Shown here one piece after another: positions 1 to 7,985 of a stretch of 64,000 bases of DNA. Numbering within the stretch: the first letter of the stretch is position 1; each line of letters begins with the position of its first letter. The stretch is from Eubacteriales bacterium (GTDB lineage: Bacteria > Bacillota > Clostridia > Oscillospirales > CAG-272), in NCBI GenBank assembly GCA_045649925.1, contig JAZRQS010000022.1, positions 7,568 through 71,567 of the forward strand, read 5' to 3'. Below the pieces are notes generated by a model that was not told where the DNA came from, searched no databases, and was given only the letters and a program-made list of their open reading frames with translations. A program made the translations under genes and the position numbers.

Positions 1-543
1 GATGATAGGTCCACCGCCGGAATACTCTCTGTCGGTAAACCAACCCGTAGGCTCTCCACGACGACGGATATACGCCGTCTTTGCATAGTAAATCTCACCG
101 AACTCGCCTGCATCAATGCGCTCCTTCAATGCGTACGCGTCTGTCTTGAAGCGTCCGGGAACTGCGAGCATATAAACGAGCTTCTTCTCCTCAAGGATCG
201 CCTTGAGCTCGCGCATTTCCTCTACTGTCATAGCTGCGGGCTTCTCGCACATGATGTGCTTGCCTGCCTTTGCAGCAGCTATACAAAGCGGAACGTGAGC
301 CTTGTTCCAAGTGCATATATCAACGGCGTCGATGTCCGCGTCTGCTATCATCTCGTCCATGGAAGCGTAGTATTTCTCAATACCGAGCTTCTCTGCCGCT
401 GCCTTTGCTCTCTCGATATCAATATCGCAAACGGCTGCAAGCACTACGCCGTCGTTGTTCTCTCTTGCCTTTATGTATGCGGGGAAATGCAGGTCATTAG
501 CAATCTTACCTGCGCCTACAAGACCTATTCTTACTTCTTTCAT
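1..543 (-). CDS. Gfo/Idh/MocA family oxidoreductase, first 181 codons (rest lies beyond the window start)
   Basis: Own translation from ATG 541-543 (minus): MKEVRIGLVGAGKIANDLHFPAYIKA...HIMCEKPAAMT. Rossmann GxGxxG and EKP motifs, GAGGA RBS, frame open to nt 1, 22 nt after the upstream gene. Confidence 0.8.
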   Translation of the reverse strand, partial: MKEVRIGLVGAGKIANDLHFPAYIKARENNDGVVLAAVCDIDIERAKAAAEKLGIEKYYASMDEMIADADIDAVDICTWNKAHVPLCIAAAKAGKHIMCEKPAAMTVEEMRELKAILEEKKLVYMLAVPGRFKTDAYALKERIDAGEFGEIYYAKTAYIRRRGEPTGWFTDREYSGGGPII

Positions 544-565
544 GATTTAATCCTCACTTTCAAAT

Positions 566-1399
566 TTATGCTCCGTAAACATCGGAGATTATGTTTTCAA
601 GATATACTTTTGCCTCTGCAATATCGGCGTTTCTGTCTGCTCTGCCCTTCATCTCGTGCTCGATAACGATGTCGCCCTGATAGCCGTATTCCTTCAACTG
701 CTCCAGAAGTCGACGGAAGTTTACTCTTCCCTCTCCTATCTGCATCTGCTTACCTGCCACGTCACCAAACTTAGGCGGAACTGCATCCTTTGCGTGCATG
801 CCGAAGATGCGTGAGCCGAGAAGCTCCATTGCATCGTTGGGGTTTCCTCTGCCGTTGATGATAAAGTTAGCAGGGTCAAAGTTTACACCGACATTGTCAA
901 GACCTATCTCGTTTATGAGCATGCTGAGTGTGAGAGGGAGCTCCTCGCCTGTCTCAAAAGCGAAACGCTGACCACGTCCCTCAAGCTCGCGACAGAACGT
1001 CTGAAGCTCGTTTACTATCGCTATGCGTGTGGGATTATAGGGGTCGTCGGGTACAAATCCTGTGTGAGTTACTATTGTGGAAACTCCGAGGTCGTAGGCA
1101 AAGCGTGCTCCACGACGGAGGTCCTGCATTCTCTGTGCGCGAAGATAATCGGGCACGAGACCGAGTGTGCTGTACTTCTGGGGGTGCGCCCACACTACAG
1201 GACCACTCCAGCCACACCAGACGTCAGTCGGAGTGAAGTTCTCCTCCTTGAGCGTCTTCTTGAGTTCTTGGAGATTTTCGTCATTGTAAAAGTCCATATT
1301 CCATATACAGATCTGACCAAAATCAAAACCAAGCGCCTTTGCAGAACGAATGTTTTCCTTATAATTTTCCTTGATATCTACCAATAATCCTACTCTCAT
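566..1399 (-). CDS. sugar phosphate isomerase/epimerase (xylose-isomerase-like TIM barrel)
   Basis: 277-aa ORF with the family pattern (VTHTGF, FETGEE, NFDPANF, IEHE). AGGAGG RBS. Confidence 0.8.
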   Translation of the reverse strand: MRVGLLVDIKENYKENIRSAKALGFDFGQICIWNMDFYNDENLQELKKTLKEENFTPTDVWCGWSGPVVWAHPQKYSTLGLVPDYLRAQRMQDLRRGARFAYDLGVSTIVTHTGFVPDDPYNPTRIAIVNELQTFCRELEGRGQRFAFETGEELPLTLSMLINEIGLDNVGVNFDPANFIINGRGNPNDAMELLGSRIFGMHAKDAVPPKFGDVAGKQMQIGEGRVNFRRLLEQLKEYGYQGDIVIEHEMKGRADRNADIAEAKVYLENIISDVYGA

Positions 1400-1460
1400 A
1401 GCTCCTCCTTACAACAGTTGCTTTTTGTTGAAATTTCAGATTAAAAATCTTCCTAATTTC

Positions 1461-1489
1461 ATTATACTATCGCAAATATTTATTGTCAA
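1461..1489 (-). promoter_or_regulatory. sigma70-like promoter for the isomerase/oxidoreductase pair
   Basis: Minus strand reads TTGACA-17 nt-TATAAT. Confidence 0.5.
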
Positions 1490-1557
1490 TACTGTATTGC
1501 TTGAGAAATAAAAGATTTTTCAAGTGTGGCTTGATTTTTCTGCATTTACAGGGTAAC

Positions 1558-1593
1558 GAAAAAACGGAAGCCGCCGATGTCGGCAGCTTCCGT
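1558..1593 (-). terminator. intrinsic terminator after GH2 gene
   Basis: Minus strand: ACGGAAGC...GCTTCCGT stem followed by TTTTTT. Confidence 0.6.
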
Positions 1594-1628
1594 GCTTGAA
1601 TTAAATATTTACTTGAAAATCAGATTGA

Positions 1629-3908
1629 TTATTTGCTCTTGGGCTTTCTGATGCGGTTGAGCTTCTTGTTCATCTTGAGAAGCTCCTCTTTTGTGAAGGA
1701 TATGTTCATCATACCCATCATGCTTGTCAGACGAAGCACAGTAAATCCGCCCATCATCTGCATAATTCCGCCATCAGCCTTGAAGTCTACCTCGAAGCCA
1801 CCTGACTTCTTCTCGCCCTTTTCCTTACCCTTCTTATTAGCGTCCATCTTCTTTTTGAGTGAAAGACCTACGCCGATAAACCAGAGCTTGCCTCTCTTCG
1901 ACTGCATAATGTCAGAGATCTTGTCGTTGAGTGAGAAGCGTCCCTCGGGTGCTGTAACGTCAAACCAGTTGAGCACTGCTCCCTTTTCAACAAGCACGTA
2001 GTCCATGTTCATTTCTTCTACGCGACGGATAAAGGACTCGTCACGGCACTCGCCGGCGACAGCCTCAAGTTTGAGCTCGCCCTCGCACTTGATGTCAAAG
2101 TAGAAGAAGTGGTTTTCAGACGCCTGCTTGCCTACGCTCTCGCCGTTTACGAAGAGCTCGACCTCGGGGAGATTTGAATATACAGTTACACGAGTAACCT
2201 CATCTGCGCGATCTACGTATCTCTTTCCGCAGATGTGGACGAACGCATCGTCGTCAGCAGAAACGAGGTGCGCCTTGTAAGCGTAGAAGGCGTCCTTCTT
2301 GTACTTTCTATCCATCGTGACAAGACCCTTGTGGTTCTGTCCGTTTTCGCCACCCTCTGCTCTCGCATCAGCGCCGAAGTCGAACATATTCCATACGTGA
2401 GTAGCCCAGATGTACTTTCTTGAGAAGAGCTGCTTTATAAGCTCCTCGTGGTAGTATGCCTGATATTCCTCGGTATAGTCGCCCTGCTTGGGATTGGAGG
2501 TGTGCCAGTTGAGCGCCTCGCATCCGTACTCGGAGCAGCCTATCGGAATATTGGGATGTGTCTCGTGGAACTTGTCAAACCAAGGTCCGTTCATAGATGT
2601 CTCTCCACCATACCAGCCGAAATAGTGGTTGTAGGAAACGACATCGGGTATCTGCAAATAGGGATCGTCCATCTTGCACATGGAAACTGCCGCAATGGTG
2701 GTCTTTCTCGTCTTATCCATCTCGTGAACGAGATCGTTGAGGATACGATGATTTTCGAGAAGGTCCTCGTCAGAGCCTGCAATTGAAATCTCGTTTGAAA
2801 GTCCCCAGACAACGATAGATGCGTGGTTGTAGTTCTGGGAGACAAGCTCCTTCATCTGCGAGATGGTGTTCTCGCGGCCTGTGGGCATATGTCTTGAAAT
2901 GTAAGGAATTTCTGCCCAGATTACCAAGCCCTTTTCGTCACACAGATCGTAGAAATACTGATCGTGCTGATAGTGAGCAAGACGAATGGTTGTCGCACCG
3001 ACCTCCATGATAAGATCAATATCCTCTGCGTGATGCTCAGGGAGAAGCGCATTACCCACGCCCCATCTGTCCTGATGGCGAGAAACACCGCGCAAGGGGT
3101 ATTCCTCTCCGTTAAGGATAAATCCACGATCAGGATCGATCTCGAAATAACGGCAGCCAAATCTTGAGCAAACGTTGTCTATAACCTCGTCACCCTCGAC
3201 GATCTCTACCTCACAGCAGTAGAGGTAAGGATCACGGCGTCCGTGCCAGAGGTGTACGTCCTTTATCTCAAAGGTAGCCTTGCTATCCTTTGTTTCTGTG
3301 CGATAAAGCTCGTTTTCATCCTTGTCGTATATGGTATAAACGAGAGTCTGCCCCTCGCCAAGATTTTTAACGAATGCCTCTACCTCGACTGTCGCGTCCT
3401 TGCCGTTTACTGTAGGGGTAATCTTGATGCCGGGTGCGCCGTAATAATCAAGGTCGAAATGAGAGTTGCTTACGCAAATTACGTTTACGTCTCTGTAAAG
3501 ACCTCCGTAGAAGGTGAAGTCTGCCATCTGGGGATATACAGTCTCGTTTATGGAGTTTTCAACAACTACTGCAATTTCTGTGTTTTCTATCAGATCATCT
3601 GTGATGTTTACTCTCCATGTGGAGTAGCCGCCGTCGTGGTGAGCGAGCTTTTTGCCGTTCACGTAGACGTCAGCAGAGGCGTTTGCGCCCCTGAATTCAA
3701 GATAGTAAAGGTCGGATGCGGGAAGCTCTGACTTTACGAGCGTCTTTGTGTAAAGGCAAGAGCCACGGAAATAGTCGTTTCCGCCGTCAAAGCCGTCCTC
3801 GGCATTCCATGTGTGAGGAAGGTCTATTCTCACACCGTCCTTTGCGCTTATGTCGGAGCAGTCCTTTGTAAAGAGCCAGTCCTTGTTTATGTTGAGTATT
3901 TTTCTCAT
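1629..3908 (-). CDS. glycoside hydrolase family 2 (beta-galactosidase/beta-glucuronidase type)
   Basis: 759-aa ORF. NHASIVVWGLSNE (acid/base) and CSEYGCE (nucleophile) motifs, typical GH2 N-terminus (NKDWLF...HTWNAED). Confidence 0.85.
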   Translation of the reverse strand: MRKILNINKDWLFTKDCSDISAKDGVRIDLPHTWNAEDGFDGGNDYFRGSCLYTKTLVKSELPASDLYYLEFRGANASADVYVNGKKLAHHDGGYSTWRVNITDDLIENTEIAVVVENSINETVYPQMADFTFYGGLYRDVNVICVSNSHFDLDYYGAPGIKITPTVNGKDATVEVEAFVKNLGEGQTLVYTIYDKDENELYRTETKDSKATFEIKDVHLWHGRRDPYLYCCEVEIVEGDEVIDNVCSRFGCRYFEIDPDRGFILNGEEYPLRGVSRHQDRWGVGNALLPEHHAEDIDLIMEVGATTIRLAHYQHDQYFYDLCDEKGLVIWAEIPYISRHMPTGRENTISQMKELVSQNYNHASIVVWGLSNEISIAGSDEDLLENHRILNDLVHEMDKTRKTTIAAVSMCKMDDPYLQIPDVVSYNHYFGWYGGETSMNGPWFDKFHETHPNIPIGCSEYGCEALNWHTSNPKQGDYTEEYQAYYHEELIKQLFSRKYIWATHVWNMFDFGADARAEGGENGQNHKGLVTMDRKYKKDAFYAYKAHLVSADDDAFVHICGKRYVDRADEVTRVTVYSNLPEVELFVNGESVGKQASENHFFYFDIKCEGELKLEAVAGECRDESFIRRVEEMNMDYVLVEKGAVLNWFDVTAPEGRFSLNDKISDIMQSKRGKLWFIGVGLSLKKKMDANKKGKEKGEKKSGGFEVDFKADGGIMQMMGGFTVLRLTSMMGMMNISFTKEELLKMNKKLNRIRKPKSK

Positions 3909-3988
3909 ATTATTTCCCTTGTAAAATATAGTTTAATGTAAAGTTTAATTGTCATTATTCCTGCGGAGTTTCAAAGGGTATGCAGAAA

Positions 3989-5479
3989 TTACGCGAGATT
4001 GTCAGCGTCCTCTGCCGTCGTGTAGGTGAGCACGTCGTCCGCCTCAACGTCACGGCCGAGGTCAGCGTTCATCTTTGCGAGCGTCTTCTTGTCAAGGTTG
4101 TAGACAAGACCAAGACCAATGAACTGCATTACAGCAGATGCGAGGAACAAAACTGCAACGAGTGTACGAAGCGAAACTGCGAACTCCCAAGGAAGTAAAG
4201 TAACGTCGATAAATGCGGCGCCTGTTTCGGGGTCGATTGCGTTATTGACGTAGCCCATGCCCTGCATTATAATGAGAGCGACGGCAGGACCTACGCCCTG
4301 AGCTAACTTACGGAAGAAGGAATGGAGTGAATAAACCACACCCTCCTCGCGCTTGCCCGTCTTCCACTCGTTGTAGTCAATGGCGTCGCCCATCATAGCC
4401 CACGATACCGTGGAGTAGATGCCGAGACCAAGGCTGTAAACGAGCTGGCAAATAACGTATATAAGAAGGTCGAGATTTGTGTTTTCGGGGGTGATGATGA
4501 ACAGGCCGAGACCACCGATTATGGAGCATATTGCACCAACGACGGAAAGCTCCTTCTTGCCGTACTTTGTTACCATCTTACGAGCAAGAGGTGTGAACAG
4601 GAGTATCGGTATCATAGCGAAGAGCTGAACGATACCTGAAATTTCCGTGTTCTTGAAGTATATCTGGAATGTAACGGAAACTGCCGTAGCCGCGCCCTGC
4701 ATACCTATGAACATACCCATAGCGGCAAGAGTAGCGCCAACTGCGGGACGGTTTCTGACAAAGTTGCCAAGTGCCTCAAAAATGTTGAACTTAGGCTGAT
4801 CCTCTACAGTCTTTACCTCTGCGTCAACACGGATCTCTGTGTTGCGGATCATAAACTGGAAGCAGATAAATCCAAGCACGCCCATAACGAGAGCCGCTAC
4901 GAACACCATGTTTCCGTTGAGTGATTCGTCCTCGTTGTAAATAAGGAAAGGAAGAATTACCATAGGAAGCATATTTCCTACCATCGAGCCGATGGAACGC
5001 CAAGCGGAGAGCGAAGCTCTGTCAGCTGCATCATTGGAGATAAGTGAAAGAAGTGAGCCGTAGGGAACGTTTGCTATTGTGTAGAAGGCATCCCAAACAA
5101 CATAGCCTGCTATGAATATAATAAACTTAGCCCAAACGGGAGCGCCGGGGAATGGCAGGAAGCAGCACGCGCCACCCACTATAAGTCCGATAGAGCCGAC
5201 GAATATGTACTGCAAAAATTTATTGCGCTTGTACTGACGTCTGTCAGCGTCAATGACCGAGCCGATAAGCGGATCGTTTATAGCGTCCCAGACCTGAACT
5301 ATGATAAGTAGTAGCGAATACCATGCGCTCATACCCATAACCTGCGTCCAGAAAAGCGCCATCGTTCCCTTGAGCGCAAAGCTCATATTACAGCCGAGGT
5401 CGCCCGCCGCGTACGCTACACTGTCGCGTATGCTAAATTTGCGATGCCCGTTTGCATCTAATTTCTGTGTCTTTTTCAT
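3989..5479 (-). CDS. glycoside-pentoside-hexuronide (GPH):cation symporter, MFS
   Basis: 496-aa polytopic ORF. N-terminal YAAGDLGCN motif typical of MelB/XylP/UidB-like carriers. AAGGAG RBS. 80 nt upstream of GH2. Confidence 0.85.
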   Translation of the reverse strand: MKKTQKLDANGHRKFSIRDSVAYAAGDLGCNMSFALKGTMALFWTQVMGMSAWYSLLLIIVQVWDAINDPLIGSVIDADRRQYKRNKFLQYIFVGSIGLIVGGACCFLPFPGAPVWAKFIIFIAGYVVWDAFYTIANVPYGSLLSLISNDAADRASLSAWRSIGSMVGNMLPMVILPFLIYNEDESLNGNMVFVAALVMGVLGFICFQFMIRNTEIRVDAEVKTVEDQPKFNIFEALGNFVRNRPAVGATLAAMGMFIGMQGAATAVSVTFQIYFKNTEISGIVQLFAMIPILLFTPLARKMVTKYGKKELSVVGAICSIIGGLGLFIITPENTNLDLLIYVICQLVYSLGLGIYSTVSWAMMGDAIDYNEWKTGKREEGVVYSLHSFFRKLAQGVGPAVALIIMQGMGYVNNAIDPETGAAFIDVTLLPWEFAVSLRTLVAVLFLASAVMQFIGLGLVYNLDKKTLAKMNADLGRDVEADDVLTYTTAEDADNLA

Positions 5480-5688
5480 TATCCTGACTCCTTTTTGTTG
5501 TTTTTGTACAAAAATTATGCTAGTAAGTATTACACCTATGGATATTATATCTCTTATGCCAAAAAACAGTTAGCATAATTTTAATGTGTTTTTGTATTTT
5601 TTTAATGTTTTTTTGAGAAATTATATTGTAAATATAATATTTATGTGATATAATTTAGAGGAATAAAGGATTTTTGGAGGTGAGGGTT

Positions 5689-6912
5689 ATGACACTTGAG
5701 CGAGAGCTGGATTTTCTATGCGAAATTTTCAAAAAATGTCATATAGGCACTACCCTGCTTTCGTCGTCCGACGGACTTTCAAGGCTATACAGCGCACACC
5801 TTTACAAAATCATAGGAGCTAATGCCGACACAGACGCCACAGTGGAAAATCTCGTCGGGAAAATAGACAGCAAAATCAAATACAAGCTCACAAACGAGCT
5901 CCACCTTCAATACTTTTTTATAAGGCTACCCGTCGATGAGGAGAAAAATCTCTTGTTTGTCGGGCCGTTTTTGCCGTTTTCGTTGAAGTCGAGAGAAATT
6001 TTGGAGATAGGCGAGTCTCTCGGACTTTCACCGGGCATGCAAAAGAGCCTGACGGAATATTATTCGGGCGTGCCGATAATTTCGGAGGATGACAGGATAA
6101 TTTCCGCCCTTGACATTTTCTGCGAGCGAATATGGAATATAAGGAATGTGCCGACAAAAGAAATAGGCGGCAAAAGGGTGCTTACACGCTCACCACTTGA
6201 GAGCCACTCCTACGGAAACGACTTTGACGAAATGCTCAAGGCAATGGAGGAGATGGAGCAGCGCTACTCCTTTGAAAACGAGATGCTGCGTGCGGTGACA
6301 CTCGGGCAAGAGCACAAGGCAGACGCTCTGCTGTCCGCTGTAAGCGGTCAGATGTTTGAGAAGCGCCTGCAGGATACGGTAAGAAATGCAAAAAACTATT
6401 GCATAATCATGAATACTCTTTTGCGAAAGGCAAGCGAGCGAGGCGGTGTTCATCCCTTGTATATCGACGGCGAGTCGTCGAAATTCGCCCAGAAAATAGA
6501 GCAGATAGCGAGTGCCGACAAGGTGGGAGAGCTTATGCTTGAAATGTTTTCATCCTATTGCAGACTTGTGCGCAAACATTCAACAAAGCACTACTCCCCC
6601 GTTGTAAAGAAAACAGTTTTGATGATAGACTCGGACATTTCTTCAGAGCTGTCGCTCGGCATACTTGCCGAAAAGCAAGGCATCAGCTCGCCATATCTTG
6701 CGACAGTTTTCAAAAAGGAAACCAAAAAGACAGTCTCGGAATATATCCGCGACAAGCGCATTGAGCGAGCGAAATATCTCCTGAGCACGACAGGCCTGCA
6801 GATACAGAGCGTGGCCATGCACTGCGGAATTATGGACGTGCAGTATTTTTCCAAGCTCTTTAAAAAGCAAACAGGCAAAACCCCAAAGGAATACCGCTCA
6901 TCAAACCGCTGA
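5689..6912 (+). CDS. AraC family transcriptional regulator
   Basis: C-terminal double HTH (ILAEKQGISSPYLATVFKKETKKTVSEYIRDKRIERAKYLL...YFSKLFKKQTGKTPKEYR). Start moved to ATG 5689, 8 nt after GGAGG. Divergent from the symporter. Confidence 0.85.
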   Translation: MTLERELDFLCEIFKKCHIGTTLLSSSDGLSRLYSAHLYKIIGANADTDATVENLVGKIDSKIKYKLTNELHLQYFFIRLPVDEEKNLLFVGPFLPFSLKSREILEIGESLGLSPGMQKSLTEYYSGVPIISEDDRIISALDIFCERIWNIRNVPTKEIGGKRVLTRSPLESHSYGNDFDEMLKAMEEMEQRYSFENEMLRAVTLGQEHKADALLSAVSGQMFEKRLQDTVRNAKNYCIIMNTLLRKASERGGVHPLYIDGESSKFAQKIEQIASADKVGELMLEMFSSYCRLVRKHSTKHYSPVVKKTVLMIDSDISSELSLGILAEKQGISSPYLATVFKKETKKTVSEYIRDKRIERAKYLLSTTGLQIQSVAMHCGIMDVQYFSKLFKKQTGKTPKEYRSSNR

Positions 6913-6953
6913 CAAGAAACGAAAAAAAGCAAAAAGCAAGTCAAAATACTTGC

Positions 6954-7016
6954 CTGCACCACAAAAAAAGAACTGAAAGAGATTTCTCTCATTCAGTCCT
7001 CGTGGTGCAGGTGACG
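6954..7016 (-). repeat. copy A of ~60-nt hairpin/terminator module with degenerate tRNA 3'-end
   Basis: Near-identical to 7176-7238. Minus strand: ...CACCTGCACCA CGAGGACTGAATGAGA GAAA TCTCTTTCAGTTC TTTTTTT. Confidence 0.7.
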
Positions 7017-7175
7017 GGTAAGCGAGGCTAAAACAGTCGCAAGCTGTTTTTGCCGATGCGCCCGATGGAAATAGCGAGAAATGAAGCAACGCTATGCTTT
7101 GCGCACATTTCGACCATATTTCCGAGCCGTCGGAGAACCCACAAAATGCAAAGCATTTTGGGTTCAAGTCCTTCC

Positions 7176-7238
7176 CTGCGCCACAAAAAAAGGACTGAAC
7201 GAGATTTCTCTCATTCAGTCCTCGTGGTGCGGGTAACA
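7176..7238 (-). repeat. copy B of hairpin/terminator module (terminator of tRNA-Leu, overlaps tRNA 3' end)
   Basis: Minus strand: tRNA ...ACCCGCACCA then GAGGACTGAATGAGA GAAA TCTCGTTCAGTCC TTTTTTT. 13-bp stem plus U7. Confidence 0.8.
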
Positions 7239-7311
7239 GGACTTGAACCTGCACGAAGGTAACCTCACTAGAACCTGAATCTAGCGCGTCTGCCAATTCC
7301 GCCATACCCGC
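7225..7311 (-). tRNA. tRNA-Leu (anticodon CAG), class II, CCA encoded
   Basis: Reverse complement GCGGGTA TG GCG GAATTGGCAGA CGC G CTAGA TTCAGGT TCTAG (long variable arm) GCAGG TTCAAGT CCTGT TACCCGC A CCA folds as a full cloverleaf. Confidence 0.9.
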
Positions 7312-7320
7312 GTATTAAAT

Positions 7321-7376
7321 GGAAAGTGGAAAGTGGAAAGTGGAAAGTGGAAAGTGGAAAGTGGAAAGTGGAAAGT
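7321..7376. repeat. perfect heptanucleotide microsatellite (GGAAAGT)x8
   Basis: Read directly. 56 nt, no interruptions. Last unit overlaps the stop codon of 7376-7717 by 1 nt. Lies 9 nt from the tRNA-Leu 5' end. Confidence 0.95.
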
Positions 7377-7717
7377 TATTTTGCGGATTTAATAATGCTC
7401 ACCAAAATCTTTTCAAGCTCTACACAATCGTTCAATATTGAAGTAGCCTCAGCATCTGTCAGGTAACTTGTTGAAGCCAATAATCTGATCCAATATTTCG
7501 TTTCGGCAGCCTCTTTCAAGGCTATATTCATTTTGGATATAAAATCTGGTTTGCTTTGCGCTTGTTCCGCTTCGGCAACGTTTGCTCCAATGCTTGTGCC
7601 ACTTCTTAAAAGTTGTTTTGATAAAACAAATTCATTTTTGGCTTCGCTTAAATGCTTATAAAGATTTACAATTCTTATGGCAAAAACAAATGACTTTTCT
7701 TCAATTATGTTTGCCAT
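7376..7717 (-). CDS. four-helix-bundle protein (23S rRNA intervening-sequence protein family, Avd-like)
   Basis: 113 aa: ...FAIRIVNLYKHL...LSKQLLRSGTSIGANVAEAEQAQSKPDFISKMNIALKEAAETKYWIRLL..., the characteristic family pattern. GGAG RBS. Visibly AT-rich. Confidence 0.8.
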   Translation of the reverse strand: MANIIEEKSFVFAIRIVNLYKHLSEAKNEFVLSKQLLRSGTSIGANVAEAEQAQSKPDFISKMNIALKEAAETKYWIRLLASTSYLTDAEATSILNDCVELEKILVSIIKSAK

Positions 7718-7733
7718 ATTTGCATCTCCTCAT

Positions 7734-7761
7734 TTTTCAATTTTCAATTTTCAACTTCCAA
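7734..7761. repeat. heptanucleotide array (TTTTCAA)x3 + CTTCCAA in the 5' leader of the four-helix-bundle gene
   Basis: Read directly. On the coding (minus) strand it reads TTGGAAG (TTGAAAA)x3, inverted relative to the GGAAAGT array. Confidence 0.8.
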
Positions 7762-7780
7762 TTGCTTTCGCAACACGTAT

Positions 7781-7809
7781 ATAATAGCAAAAAAACTCGC
7801 CCTTGTCAA
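7781..7809 (-). promoter_or_regulatory. sigma70-like promoter of four-helix-bundle gene
   Basis: Minus strand TTGACA-17 nt-TATTAT. The -35 lies in the loop of the upstream terminator hairpin. Confidence 0.5.
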
Positions 7810-7835
7810 GTCCTTTCGGCAGAAAAAGGGGCGAG
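7789..7835 (-). terminator. hairpin terminator after the C_GCAxxG_C_C operon
   Basis: Arms CTCGCCC/GGGCGAG with a large loop. On the minus strand it is followed by T7. Confidence 0.45.
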
Positions 7836-7985
7836 TTTTTATTGCGGGCGCGACGCTCGCATAAGGCGCGCGCGATTTCGCTCAAAAAAGGAATTTTCTT
7901 GCTATTTTTTGTCTATCCCTGCCTTTCGTAAAGAAAGGAAGCTGTAGAATCAGCAATGGCATTGCTATTGCATAGCCACAAAAAA

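Noticed and set aside
6901-7305. 134-aa ORF on the minus strand spanning the tRNA-Leu region and both hairpin repeats
   Set aside because: It reads straight through a tRNA gene and two terminator hairpins. Its internal peptide repeat merely reflects the DNA repeat, and it has no RBS. It is an artefact.
7321-7376. Heptamer array considered as a CRISPR-like or coding repeat
   Set aside because: The 7-nt units are contiguous with no spacers, no cas genes are present, and the array is outside any CDS. It is a microsatellite, not a CRISPR array.
7376-7717. Four-helix-bundle protein as the Avd component of a diversity-generating retroelement
   Set aside because: No reverse transcriptase and no template/variable repeat pair is detectable anywhere in the window. 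The gene appears to be a solitary IVS-type copy.
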